64,000 nucleotides of DNA from Desulfobacterales bacterium (GCA_963674755.2 CAXXVS010000002.1:1984001-2048000); one strand, 5' to 3'. Numbered from the stretch's first letter, positions 1-10,206 are shown. Numbers and translations are program-made. Notes: a model not told the origin generated them from the letters alone.

Positions 1-21
1 CCTTTTGACCGCGAGGCCATC

Positions 22-1407
22 ATGAAGCAATCCATTCTGACGGACAGCCGTCCGCGTCTGCCGCTGCTGGCGGCTGTCTTTTATCTTCTAGTGGTCGGTT
101 GCGTCGCCTATCACCCGGCCCCCCTGAGCCAGAGCATCGATTTGGCGCCGGATGTCGATCGACTTGAAACCCGCGGAACAGGATCCGATCGCCACCCGGA
201 GCGTGGTCTGAACCTGACGGACGTGGCCATCATCGCGGTGCGCCAAAATCCCGATCTGAAAGCGCAACGCCAGCAATTGGGAATAAAGAAGGCGGAGCTG
301 TTTGCGGCCGGTCTGCTGCCCGACCCCCAGTTGTCCGCCAACCTCGATCATCCCACCGGCAATGTGCCGGCCACGGTCAATGCCTTTGGTGTCGGACTGA
401 ATTACGACATCATTCCGCTGATTAACCGCGGGGCCCGGGTGGAAAGTGCGCAACAGGCGGAGCAGCAGGCGCGCCTGGAGTTGCTGTGGCAGGAGTGGCA
501 GGTGAGCCAGCGCGCACGCTCGCTGGCCGTGCAACTGGCCGGCGAACGCCAGCAAATCGCCTTGCTGCAGGAGATGAAAAACCTCTACCAGCGACGCTAC
601 CAGCACTCGCGCGAGGCCGTGGCGCGCGGGGATCTCACCCTGGCCGTGGCCGGCACGGATCTGACCGCCCTGCTCGACACACTGAGTCAGATCAATCAGC
701 TGGAACAATCCAACAACACGACCCGCCATGAATTGAACCTGCTGATGGGCCTTGCCGCCGATACGCCGCTGGAGATCCGCCTGCCGCCTGACACGGTGCT
801 GCCGGAGACGCAAGCCCTGCACCAGGACCTTCAAACGCTGCCCCAGCGACGTCCCGATCTGTTGGCCCTGCAAGCCGGCTATGCCAGCCAGGAGGCCAAG
901 GTGCGGGCCGCCGTCCTGTCGCAGTTTCCCTCCTTCAGTATCGGCGTCACGCGCGCGCGGGATACGAGCAGCGTGTACACGACCGGGTTCAATATCGGCC
1001 TCGATCTGCCCTTGTTCTCGGGCAGCCGGGGCGCGATCGCCATCGAGCAGGCCACGCGGGAAAAACTGCGCCAGGAATATCAGGCCCGTCTCGACCAGGC
1101 CGCCGTGGATGTGGACAAACTGGTCCGCCTGCAGGGCATCGTCGCGGCGCAACAGGAACTGCTCCATGCATACCTGCCGACTTTAAAAGAGCTGGTTGAG
1201 CGTGGCCGCGAAGCATACCGCAACGGCGATATCGACGCCTTGACCTTCCTGAATATGGAAAATACCTGGATCAACAAGCGTCTCGAACAGATCAGCCTGG
1301 ACCAGACCCAGCGCAACAACCTTATCGCCCTGCAGACCCTGTTGGCATTGCCCGACAATGGCGACGCCCGGACCGATGCGCTTTCACAAGGAGACCAACA
1401 GCGATGA
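22..1407 (+). CDS. TolC-family outer membrane efflux protein (probable lipoprotein)
   Basis: N-terminal hydrophobic segment ending VVGC; OEP-type repeats (NPDLKAQR, RRPDLLAL, LDLPLF); first gene of an OMF-MFP-RND operon. Confidence 0.85.
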   Translation: MKQSILTDSRPRLPLLAAVFYLLVVGCVAYHPAPLSQSIDLAPDVDRLETRGTGSDRHPERGLNLTDVAIIAVRQNPDLKAQRQQLGIKKAELFAAGLLPDPQLSANLDHPTGNVPATVNAFGVGLNYDIIPLINRGARVESAQQAEQQARLELLWQEWQVSQRARSLAVQLAGERQQIALLQEMKNLYQRRYQHSREAVARGDLTLAVAGTDLTALLDTLSQINQLEQSNNTTRHELNLLMGLAADTPLEIRLPPDTVLPETQALHQDLQTLPQRRPDLLALQAGYASQEAKVRAAVLSQFPSFSIGVTRARDTSSVYTTGFNIGLDLPLFSGSRGAIAIEQATREKLRQEYQARLDQAAVDVDKLVRLQGIVAAQQELLHAYLPTLKELVERGREAYRNGDIDALTFLNMENTWINKRLEQISLDQTQRNNLIALQTLLALPDNGDARTDALSQGDQQR

Positions 1408-2429
1408 AACTCAAATGGATCCTCTATACGTCGGCCCTGTTGCTGATCGGTTCGCGCCTGTGGGCCCAGGAGCCCTCCGTTTTGATCCAGAAAGCGAAAG
1501 CCACGCAACAGCCGATCAGCGCAATCCTGGTCGTGTATGGCCAGGTACAGCCGGATCCCGATAGCGTACAGACCGTCTCTCTGCTGCGCGATGCGCTGAT
1601 AACCCGGGTGGCGGTGCGTCCCGGGCAGCGGGTCGAACGCGGCCAAACCTTGTTCGAACTGACCACATCGCCGAGTGCCCACATGGAATATCTGAAGGCC
1701 CGTGGGGCGGTCGATCACGCCCGGCGTGAGCTGGCCCGCCAAGAGCGCCTGTTGCGCGAACAACTGGCCACCAACGCCCAGGTGGAGGCCGCGCGCAACG
1801 CGTTGCAGGATGCCCAGGCCAGTCTGCAGGCCATGGTGACCCAGGGCCAGAACAGGGCCGGCGATCAGATAACGGCGCCCACGGCCGGGATCATCACCCA
1901 GCTGAAGGTCAAACAGGGCGATCGCTTGCAGGCGGGCATCGCCGTATTGGAGATGGCCACCGGCAACCGCCTGGTGGCCATCCTCGGGGTGGAGCCGGAA
2001 GACATTCAATGGCTGGCCCCCGGCATGCCGGTGAGGATTCGCTCGGTGTTCGTTCCGGACTTCAAGGCCGACGGTCAATTGCGTGAGATCCATGCCATGA
2101 TCAATCCGGCGACCCACCTGGTGGATGCCCTGGTCCCCATACCGGACGGTCAGACCGACCAATTGGTCCTGGGCAGCCGTCTGGTCGCCGATATCCATCT
2201 AAACGAACACACCGGCACGACCGTGCCGCGCAGTGCGGTCCTGCAGGATGCGCAGGGCCCCTATGTGTTTCGCGTTGTCGGCGGCCAGGCCCGGAAGGTG
2301 GCCGTCACCACCGGCCTGGAGAGTGATCAATGGATCGAGATCACCAGCGGTCTGAAGCCGGATGAGGAGGTCGTCACCGTGGGAAATTACGAACTCAAGG
2401 ATGGGATGGCAGTGCGGGAGGGCCGGTAA
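1404..2429 (+). CDS. RND efflux periplasmic adaptor (membrane fusion protein)
   Basis: Signal peptide, lipoyl half-motifs (VRPGQRVERGQTL, ITAPTAGII), C-terminal VPRSAV...GLKPDEEVVTVG; ATGA overlap with upstream gene. Confidence 0.88.
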   Translation: MKLKWILYTSALLLIGSRLWAQEPSVLIQKAKATQQPISAILVVYGQVQPDPDSVQTVSLLRDALITRVAVRPGQRVERGQTLFELTTSPSAHMEYLKARGAVDHARRELARQERLLREQLATNAQVEAARNALQDAQASLQAMVTQGQNRAGDQITAPTAGIITQLKVKQGDRLQAGIAVLEMATGNRLVAILGVEPEDIQWLAPGMPVRIRSVFVPDFKADGQLREIHAMINPATHLVDALVPIPDGQTDQLVLGSRLVADIHLNEHTGTTVPRSAVLQDAQGPYVFRVVGGQARKVAVTTGLESDQWIEITSGLKPDEEVVTVGNYELKDGMAVREGR

Positions 2430-5400
2430 GTGGACTTTTCACATTGGGCGGCGGCCCATCGCCGATCGATTCTGGCATTGTTTACCCTCTTCGCCGTGGC
2501 CGGCGTGCTGACGGCCTTCCGCTTGCCGGTTTCCCTGTTTCCGCGGGTAAACTTCCCGCGCATCGCCATCACGGTGGATGCCGGCGACCGGCCGGCCGAC
2601 CAGATGGTCATCGAGGTGACGCGCAAGATCGAACAGGCGGTCCGCCCGATACCCGGCGTGGCGTCGCTCCGCTCGACCAGCACCCGCGGCAGCGCCGATA
2701 TCTCGGTCAATCTGGCCTGGGGAAGCGACATGGGGGCGGCCCTGCTGCAGGTGGAATCGGCCGTCAACCGGATTTTACCCGACCTGCCCGCCGGCACGGG
2801 GTTTACCGCCCGCCGCATGGACCCCACCGTTTTCCCGATGGCCGCCTATAGCATGACATCCGACACCCTCACCCAAGTGGACCTGCGCGACATCGGCGAC
2901 CAGCAATTGCTGCCGTTGCTGTCAGCCGTCGATGGCATCGCCCAGGTGGCCGTCATGGGCGGCAAGACCCTGGAATACCGGGTCGAAGTGGACCCCGTGA
3001 AACTGGACGCTTATGGGTTGGCCTTTTCGGATGTGACCAACGCCCTGAGCGCCACCAACGTCTTGCAGGCCGTCGGCCGCATGGAGGACCACTACAAGCT
3101 CTACCTTGCCATGTCGGACACCCGTATCCGCAATCTGAAAGACATCCGCAACACGATTCTGCGCAGCGGCGAAAACGGTCTGGTACGTCTGGAAGACATC
3201 GCGCGGGTGTATCCGTCCGATAAACCCGAGTGGCTGAAAGTGTCGGCGGATGGCAAGCCGGCTGTGCTCGTCATGGTGTATCAGCAGCCCAATGCCAACA
3301 CCGTGCAGATCGTCCGGGATATCCAGGCCCGCCTAGCCGAATACCACGACAAACTTCCCCAGGGGTTGACCATCGCCAATTGGTACGACCAGAGTCAACT
3401 GGTGACCGAATCGGCGGCCAGCGTGCGCGATGCGATTCTGATCGGCGTGCTGCTGGCGGCCCTGGTCCTGTTCGCTTTTCTGCGCAGTGTCAAGATCACC
3501 CTGGCGGCGATGCTCACCGTACCGGCCGCCCTGGCGATCACCGTCCTGTTGCTGTATGTTCTCGGGGACAGTTTCAATATCATGACCCTCGGCGGCATGG
3601 CCGCGGCCGTAGCGCTGATCGTCGACGACGCCATTGTGATGATCGAACATATCGTGCGCCGCCTGCGGGAGCGCGGCACCCGCAACGAACACTTTGTGCT
3701 GTCCATCCGCGAGGCGGCCATCGAATTCAGCAAGCCCTTGACCGGCTCCTCCATCGCCACGGTCATCATTTTCGTCCCCCTGGCGTTCCTCTCCGGCGTG
3801 ACCGGCGCCTTTTTCAAGGCGCTCTCATTGACCATGGCCAGTTCGCTGATCGTTTCCTATTTGCTGGCCTGGTTGGCGGTGCCGCTGCTCTCCGAACATT
3901 TGCTCAACCACAAAGACGCCGACCGGGAAGACAGCGGGAAGCTATTCCGCTATATCCAGCAGGGCTATAGCCGGCTGATGCAGCGGCTGATGCGGCGCCC
4001 GGTGTTGATTTTAACGGCGATTCTGCCTTTTCTTCTGGCCGCCTACATCGCCTACACCCAGGTGGGGTCCGGTTTCATGCCCCACATGGACGAAGGCGGC
4101 TTCGTGCTTGATTTTTTGTCGCCTCCCGGCACTTCCCTGGCCGAAACCGACCGGCTCGTAAATCTGGTCGAAGGGATCCTCAAAGCCAACCCGGCCGTCG
4201 AGACCTATTCCAAACGCACCGGGGGCGGCCTGGGCGGCAGCCTGCACGAATCCAACGAGGGCGACTTCTTCGTGCGGCTCAAACCCATGCCAAGACCGCC
4301 CATCGACCAGGTGATGGATCAGATTCGCGCTGAAATCGAGCAGAAGGTGCCCGGACTGGAGGTGGATCTGGTCCTGCTCATGGAAGACCTGATCGGCGAC
4401 CTGACGGCCGTGCCCCAACCGATTGAGGTGAAGTTGTACAGCGACGATTACCGGGAGCTGATGACGGTAGCCCCCCAAGTGGCCGGCGCGCTCAAGGGCA
4501 TTTCCGGCGTGGTGGATGTCAAGGACGGCATCGTGCTGGCCGGCGACGCCCTCACCGTACGGGTGAACCGCAACAAAGCCGCTTTGGAGGGGGTGGATCC
4601 GGCCCATGTTACCGAACAGCTGCAGGCCTGGCTGCGAGGCGTCGTCACGACCCAGGTCCAGAAAGATGTCAAGCTGGTCGGTGTGCGGGTTTGGACCCCG
4701 GGCAACGTACGCCGCACGGCGGCCGATCTCGAGAAAATCCAATTGCGGGCGCCCGATGGCCATCTCTTCCCGTTGCAACGAATCGCCGCGATCGACACGA
4801 TTGTGGGCCAGCCGCAGATCACCCGTGAAAACCTCAAACGCATGATCGCCGTCACGGGCCGCATCAGCGGCCGCGACATGGGATCGACCATCCGCGAGGT
4901 CAAACGGACCCTTGCCCGGCAGGGTTTGCTGCCGAATAGCGTCTACTATGAACTGGGCGGCTTGTATAAGCAGCAGCAGATCGCCTTTCGGGGGCTGGCA
5001 GCGGTATTCGGGGCCGCGCTGGGGTTGGTCTTTATTCTGCTATTATTCCTGTACGAGGACTTCGCGGCCGCCGCAGCCATTCTGGCCATACCGCTGCTGG
5101 CCACGGGATCGGTGTTTATCGGGTTGTGGATGACCGGAATCGAGCTGAACATCACCGCGATTATGGGCATGACCATGATCGTCGGCATCGTGACCGAAGT
5201 ATCGATTTTCTACTTCTCCGAATACCATGACTTGGTCCGCCAGGGAATGGATAGGGATCAGGCGCTGGTCCAGGCCGGCGTCAACCGCTTGCGCCCGATT
5301 ACCATGACGACCCTGGCGGCCGTTTTAGCGTTGCTGCCGCTGGCCCTCGCCCTAGGGCAAGGCGCGCAGATGCAACAGCCCCTGGCCGTGGCCATCATTT

Positions 5401-5486
5401 CCGGTCTGTTGGTGCAGACCCCGCTTGTCGTTACCGTATTGCCGCTGGTCTACAAGACGCTGTCCCCTAAAAAGAGGGCGACTTGA
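2430..5486 (+). CDS. RND efflux transporter permease (AcrB/CzcA superfamily)
   Basis: 1018 aa with two large periplasmic loops; IVDDAIVMIE and RLRPITMTT motifs; GTG start abuts the MFP stop. Confidence 0.92.
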   Translation: MDFSHWAAAHRRSILALFTLFAVAGVLTAFRLPVSLFPRVNFPRIAITVDAGDRPADQMVIEVTRKIEQAVRPIPGVASLRSTSTRGSADISVNLAWGSDMGAALLQVESAVNRILPDLPAGTGFTARRMDPTVFPMAAYSMTSDTLTQVDLRDIGDQQLLPLLSAVDGIAQVAVMGGKTLEYRVEVDPVKLDAYGLAFSDVTNALSATNVLQAVGRMEDHYKLYLAMSDTRIRNLKDIRNTILRSGENGLVRLEDIARVYPSDKPEWLKVSADGKPAVLVMVYQQPNANTVQIVRDIQARLAEYHDKLPQGLTIANWYDQSQLVTESAASVRDAILIGVLLAALVLFAFLRSVKITLAAMLTVPAALAITVLLLYVLGDSFNIMTLGGMAAAVALIVDDAIVMIEHIVRRLRERGTRNEHFVLSIREAAIEFSKPLTGSSIATVIIFVPLAFLSGVTGAFFKALSLTMASSLIVSYLLAWLAVPLLSEHLLNHKDADREDSGKLFRYIQQGYSRLMQRLMRRPVLILTAILPFLLAAYIAYTQVGSGFMPHMDEGGFVLDFLSPPGTSLAETDRLVNLVEGILKANPAVETYSKRTGGGLGGSLHESNEGDFFVRLKPMPRPPIDQVMDQIRAEIEQKVPGLEVDLVLLMEDLIGDLTAVPQPIEVKLYSDDYRELMTVAPQVAGALKGISGVVDVKDGIVLAGDALTVRVNRNKAALEGVDPAHVTEQLQAWLRGVVTTQVQKDVKLVGVRVWTPGNVRRTAADLEKIQLRAPDGHLFPLQRIAAIDTIVGQPQITRENLKRMIAVTGRISGRDMGSTIREVKRTLARQGLLPNSVYYELGGLYKQQQIAFRGLAAVFGAALGLVFILLLFLYEDFAAAAAILAIPLLATGSVFIGLWMTGIELNITAIMGMTMIVGIVTEVSIFYFSEYHDLVRQGMDRDQALVQAGVNRLRPITMTTLAAVLALLPLALALGQGAQMQQPLAVAIISGLLVQTPLVVTVLPLVYKTLSPKKRAT

Positions 5487-5504
5487 AGGTCCGGAGGGCT
5501 GCCT

Positions 5505-7340
5505 TCAAGACTTTTCCGCTATTTTGACCACCACCACGGTCACATCGTCGGACTGCGGGGTGCTGCCCCGGAAGTCCGTCATCTCGGCCGTCATCGTCTG
5601 CAGGATGGCGTTGCTGTCCCGATGGGCGTTTTGGCGTAGGATGGCATAGATGCGTTCTTTTCCGAATCTTTCGCCGGCCTGATTTTCCGTTTCCCACAAG
5701 CCGTCGGTACCGATGACGATGATTTGCCCTTCTTTCAGGTTCGAATAACAGTTTTCGGCATATACGACCGATTCGTCGAATCCCAAAGCCACGCCCGCCC
5801 CCTTGAGCTGGATGACGGTATCGGCGCGGGGGTCGTAAACAATCGCCGGATCGTGTCCGGCGCGCACCCAGCGAAGCGCCATGGCGTCCGGATCGACCGT
5901 CATGAGAAAGAGGGTCATAAAGCTCGCCGAATCAGATGTATCCCGACACAACAATTGATTGATATCGGTGACCACGGAAGACAGTTCGCCGTCGCTGACA
6001 AGGCGGCCGCGCAGCAAACCACGCACCGTCGTCATCAGCAGGGCCGCCGAAATCCCATGGCCCACCCCATCCCCGACCACAGCGATAAAAGGCCCGCGGT
6101 CATCTTCCGCCAACCGCAAATAGTCGTAATAGTCGCCGCCCGTCTGGTCGCAATAGATACTCTGCCCCGCGATATCGAGCCCGGCGACGTGCGGTGTTCC
6201 CCGGGGAAGGAAGCTGCGCTGGACTTCCATGGCCAGGTCAAGGGCCTGCCTGAGGCTGATCCGCTCCTCCAACTGGCCTGCCATGGCGTTGAAAGCGCGC
6301 GCCAGGTCGCCGACTTCATCGTCGCGTTTGACGGGGACATTGATGTCAAAGCGGCCCTCCGACAACGTCCGTGCCGCGTCGGAGACGTTCGTGACCGTCG
6401 TCAGCACGCCCTTGCTGACGTATCGTATCAGGAGAAAAATAATCAGTATGAAGGCGATGATGCTCAGACCGTAAAGAAAGCGGAAATGGATCACCGGCGC
6501 CAAAATTTCTTGGGTCGGAGACATGATGACCAGGCTCCAGGGCGCGGCCTCCAGCCGGCAATAACTGATCACTTGTTGCGAGGGATAGTCATCTCCGCGA
6601 ATGGTGCCGCAAGGCTTGCCGCGCAACGCCTTGAGCGTCATTCGTTCGACTTCGTCACCGTTGTCGCCAAGCCGTTTACGGTCGGGACCGAAACTGTCGG
6701 TCAAAAAAGTGCCGGTAGTGTCGACCAGGGCGGTGTTGCCATCCTGTCGCCAGGGAACAGGATCCAGGGCCTGCAGGAGGTAACTGAAATCCACGACCAT
6801 CTCCAAGGCGCCTATTGTCATGCCGGATCGGTCGCGCAGGTCGGAAACGATGGAGATGGTCTTACCCTTCACAAGATCATCGTAACGGAATCGCATGGTT
6901 TGGGGAAAAGATCTGTTGGCGGCCGGAGGGGCGAATGCCTGGGCCGCCGATCGCGCCGCTGGTTGGCTGGCCCGCCCCCCATTGGACGCCGTATCTGATG
7001 ACGCCAAAGCGTTATGCCCCTCGATCTCAACGCGCACGATGCCCTCTTCCGCTTCGGCTTCCCGAATGATCCAGTCCTGAATCTCTTCGGCATGGGGTTC
7101 ATCGGCGGCTTCCTGAAACAGGCGGATCCACTGGATGACCTTGTTCAGGCGCGCATCGACCATGCGGGCGTTCTTTTGCAGTTGCAGAAGGGTTGTTTGC
7201 TGCCATTGGCGTATGAGATAGTTGGAGCCCAGCATAAAACCTGTGGCGCCCATACCGATCAGCAGCAATAGGACGGGGCCGATCAGATACAACATATACG
7301 CTTGCCGAAGGGATTTTGGTTTGAACATCTTTTTAAGCAT
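5505..7340 (-). CDS. Membrane sensor with Cache-like region, HAMP and SpoIIE/PP2C phosphatase domain
   Basis: Two TM segments, HAMP (DEVGDLARAFNAM), PP2C motifs GGDYYD, VGDGVGHG, AGHDP, GTDGLWE, DDVT. Confidence 0.9.
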   Translation of the reverse strand: MLKKMFKPKSLRQAYMLYLIGPVLLLLIGMGATGFMLGSNYLIRQWQQTTLLQLQKNARMVDARLNKVIQWIRLFQEAADEPHAEEIQDWIIREAEAEEGIVRVEIEGHNALASSDTASNGGRASQPAARSAAQAFAPPAANRSFPQTMRFRYDDLVKGKTISIVSDLRDRSGMTIGALEMVVDFSYLLQALDPVPWRQDGNTALVDTTGTFLTDSFGPDRKRLGDNGDEVERMTLKALRGKPCGTIRGDDYPSQQVISYCRLEAAPWSLVIMSPTQEILAPVIHFRFLYGLSIIAFILIIFLLIRYVSKGVLTTVTNVSDAARTLSEGRFDINVPVKRDDEVGDLARAFNAMAGQLEERISLRQALDLAMEVQRSFLPRGTPHVAGLDIAGQSIYCDQTGGDYYDYLRLAEDDRGPFIAVVGDGVGHGISAALLMTTVRGLLRGRLVSDGELSSVVTDINQLLCRDTSDSASFMTLFLMTVDPDAMALRWVRAGHDPAIVYDPRADTVIQLKGAGVALGFDESVVYAENCYSNLKEGQIIVIGTDGLWETENQAGERFGKERIYAILRQNAHRDSNAILQTMTAEMTDFRGSTPQSDDVTVVVVKIAEKS

Positions 7341-7624
7341 TGAACGTCAAAAAGACCTTTCGATCAATCAACCTGGGTTGTGATCACTTTTTTGGTTTGG
7401 GGGAAGCCTTCGAGAAACATCGCTTCCGCCTGAACCATACCGGTTCTGCAAAGGCCAATTCCGGAAAACGGTTTTTCATACGATGGTGCGCCTATCGATC
7501 TACGCGCCTGACCGGTTCCTGTCCGTCGCCAAAGCGCCTTCCAATCTCACCGCCCACCGCCACTATTTTCTTCTATAGCCGGATAAAACGGGATCAACAA
7601 GAGAATTCCATGCAAATCCGGCAT

Positions 7625-7657
7625 CTTCATTCTATCTTCACGATGGTGCGGTATACT
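7625..7657 (+). promoter_or_regulatory. Putative OmpR/PhoB-family activated promoter, copy 1
   Basis: CTTCAT-N5-CTTCAC direct repeat (11-bp period), then 10 nt, then a TATACT -10 hexamer. Confidence 0.55.
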
Positions 7658-7834
7658 TCCCGGGTAACACCATGCTCAGACAGTCGGGAGATAAGCGCTT
7701 GACAATTAACTTCGCTGCGAGGCGATCCCCGTTATCCGCCGGAAGTCGTCGCCTGACGTCAAACGGGAACGCCGCCGCCTATTCCATTCGGATATAGATA
7801 GCGGAAAAATGGCAAAACGATTCCTTTCTCCCCC

Positions 7835-7867
7835 CTTCATCCTTCCTTCATTTTCACCTGTTAAAAT
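7835..7867 (+). promoter_or_regulatory. Putative OmpR/PhoB-family activated promoter, copy 2 (upstream of the arn relic)
   Basis: CTTCAT-N5-CTTCAT, then 10 nt, then TAAAAT with an extended -10 TG; same geometry as copy 1. Confidence 0.6.
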
Positions 7868-7938
7868 TCCAAATAAAGGTGGCTCGGATTATGAAGATCA
7901 GCGATGTCAACACTGAATCGGGGTAAAGGAAAGAGACG

Positions 7939-8085
7939 ATGTCGTCCGCGGGCCTGCCGTTTTCCACGCCGTCCATCAGCGAACCGGAAATCGAGGCGGC
8001 CGCCCAAGTCCTGCGTTCCGGGTGGACTAGCACCGGGCGCGCACAGCCGATTGGGCCGGTTCATTTTGACGGGCTACCGGCGTGA
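7939..8085 (+). pseudogene. arnB: 5' remnant of UDP-Ara4O aminotransferase (ArnB/DegT family)
   Basis: RBS AAGGA, then ATG...LPFSTPSISEPEIEAAAQVLRSGWTSTG, matching the ArnB N-terminus pattern LPFSRP..EE..AV..VL.SGWITTG; stops after 48 codons. Confidence 0.75.
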
Positions 8086-8390
8086 TGAATTTATCGGGTT
8101 GGTATGTACACCGGACACCCACAATGATAATTTGCTTGATTTGATCCGCCCTGATCGGCTTAATATATCGACCATCCACACCGAAGCCGAAGGGGGGCGG
8201 CGGGTGTTTGGCGATGTTTCACGATTTCCTGGACAAAGCCGTCCAGCGGGATACCGTCTTCGAACCGCTGGGCGAGGCCCTAAGCCGGAAGTCGAAGGCT
8301 GAAAGATCCGCGATAAACCAAGAGGCCGTTCCCGATAGGCAGGGCTGGCTATCCTGTCAAGCCACGCCCATCGACAACCATCAAATTTGA
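8084..8390 (+). pseudogene. arnD: 3' remnant of Ara4FN deformylase, frameshifted
   Basis: DEFIG...NISTIHTEAEG in one frame; after a G-rich run near 8192-8205, FHDFLDKA...FEPLGEAL...PDRQGWLSCQ in another; matches the ArnD C-terminus (DEVIG..YTIHAEVEG..FCPLSELL..GREGWLGCQ); directly precedes arnT. Confidence 0.75.
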
Positions 8391-8410
8391 CATAGAAGGC
8401 CATTGGCACC

Positions 8411-10117
8411 ATGAATGACGTGAACACCCCTGCCTTGATGAACCATAAAGCATTGCCCGCGATCCTGTTGCTGTCTTTTTTTCTACTTGCCTATATCCTG
8501 CCACTTGGCGTCCGCAATCTCGCTGTCCCGGATGAAACGCGCTATGGGGAGATCCCCCGCGAAATGATCGCCAGCGGCGACTGGATCGTGCCGCGCCTCG
8601 ACGGGGTCCGCTATTTTGAAAAGCCGGTGCTGGGCTATTGGGTGCAGGCGGGATCCCTGCTCTTGTTCGGCGAAAACAATTTTGCCGTGCGCCTGCCGTC
8701 CGCGCTGGCGGTCGGGCTTTCAGCGCTGTTGGTATGGTTCCTGGTCGGCCGCGCGATACCTGGTCGCGACCGCGAGGGCCGTTTTACGGCGTTCCTTGCT
8801 ACGCTGATTTTTCTGTCCTGTTTCGAAGTGTTCGGCGTGGGCAATACGGCTGTCCTGGACAGTCTGTTTTCGTTTTTCCTGACCGCCTGCATCGCTGCCT
8901 TTTATCTCGCCACCGAAGCGCCGCCCGGCCGCTCCAAGGAAAAGGGGTTGCTGATGCTGGCCGGTCTGGCCTGCGGCCTGGCCTTTCTGACCAAAGGTTT
9001 TCTGGCGATTGCCGTGCCGGTTATGGTGGTGGCGCCCTATCTGGTCTGGCAGCGCCGCTATGCCGATTTGCTGCGCATGGCCTGGCTGCCGATAATAACC
9101 GCTGTCGTCGTGGCCTTGCCGTGGAGCATCCTGATCCATTTGAGAGAACCGGATTTCTGGCGGTTTTTCTTCTGGAACGAACATATCCGCCGCTTTATGG
9201 CCGACAATGCGCAGCACAAGGAGGCTTTCTGGTTCTTTTTTCTGCTAGCGCCGGGCATGTTTCTCCCATGGGCATTCGTGGTTCCGGCGGCAGTCTCGGG
9301 CGTCAGAACCCGCCTAATTGGACAGGGGCCGGTTACCCGACTGCTCAGACTATGCATTTGCTGGCTGGTGCTGCCCTTCTTGTTTTTCTCTCTGTCGAGG
9401 GGAAAATTGCTCACCTATATTCTGCCCTGCTTTCCGCCCTTCGCCATTCTCCTGTCCTTCGGGTTGCTGCGGGTACTCACCCAAAACCCGCGTTACAAGC
9501 TTTTTCAAAGGGGCGTTGCTGCAAGTGCCGCGCTTTTCGGACTCATCCTGGTGGCATTCTTGTATGGTCAATTGATGGGTATCCATGGAATGCATCCTTA
9601 CAGCCAGCCATGGAAGGCCGTGATGGTCGTCAACGGCCTTATCTTCTTTGTCCTGTTTGGCATCTGGTCGATCCGAAATCAGAGCGCACACCGCAAGCTC
9701 ATCCTCTTTGGCCTGTCCCCGGCCCTCCTTTTTCTGGTCGTCCACTTCACCATACCGGATATTGTCAATTTGAAAAAATCGCCCGGCCCCTTTCTTGAGC
9801 AGCACAAGTCGGATATCGCCGCCGATACGATTGTCATTTCCGAAGGAGATGTGATCCGGGCGACTTGCTGGTACCTGCGGCGCAGCGATGTCTACGTACT
9901 CGGCAAGGCCGGTGAACTCAATGAAGGTATGCAATATAAGGATGCCAGGGGAAGAATGCTCGATATAAAGTCCGCGGTCGAACTGATAGACCAAAACCGT
10001 GGCAAAACCATTCTGATCGCCAAAGCTAAAACACTTTCCCTGTTGCGGAAGGTCCTCCCGCGACCTGTTTTAGAAGACCAGAGCGGCCCCTCCGGGTATG
10101 CGCTCTGGAAATATTGA
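8411..10117 (+). CDS. arnT: Lipid A 4-amino-4-deoxy-L-arabinose transferase (ArnT, GT83)
   Basis: PDETRYGEIPREM, RYFEKP, FLTKG, FFWNEHIRRF, KLLTYILP motifs; polytopic membrane protein. Confidence 0.85.
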   Translation: MNDVNTPALMNHKALPAILLLSFFLLAYILPLGVRNLAVPDETRYGEIPREMIASGDWIVPRLDGVRYFEKPVLGYWVQAGSLLLFGENNFAVRLPSALAVGLSALLVWFLVGRAIPGRDREGRFTAFLATLIFLSCFEVFGVGNTAVLDSLFSFFLTACIAAFYLATEAPPGRSKEKGLLMLAGLACGLAFLTKGFLAIAVPVMVVAPYLVWQRRYADLLRMAWLPIITAVVVALPWSILIHLREPDFWRFFFWNEHIRRFMADNAQHKEAFWFFFLLAPGMFLPWAFVVPAAVSGVRTRLIGQGPVTRLLRLCICWLVLPFLFFSLSRGKLLTYILPCFPPFAILLSFGLLRVLTQNPRYKLFQRGVAASAALFGLILVAFLYGQLMGIHGMHPYSQPWKAVMVVNGLIFFVLFGIWSIRNQSAHRKLILFGLSPALLFLVVHFTIPDIVNLKKSPGPFLEQHKSDIAADTIVISEGDVIRATCWYLRRSDVYVLGKAGELNEGMQYKDARGRMLDIKSAVELIDQNRGKTILIAKAKTLSLLRKVLPRPVLEDQSGPSGYALWKY

Positions 10118-10206
10118 AAATTCGTTGTTTGGCAGCATCTTCAGACGACAGTGACCTCTTCGGGGATATCTGCTCAAAACGTTGATGATATTTTGGGGAG
10201 ACGGTT

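Noticed and set aside
7340..7702. 120-aa ORF divergent from the SpoIIE gene
   Set aside because: No RBS or motif, atypical composition, and it overlaps predicted promoter elements.
8083..8085. TGA read-through (selenocysteine) joining the arnB and arnD fragments
   Set aside because: The ArnD-like sequence is in a different frame and is itself frameshifted; decay is the simpler explanation.
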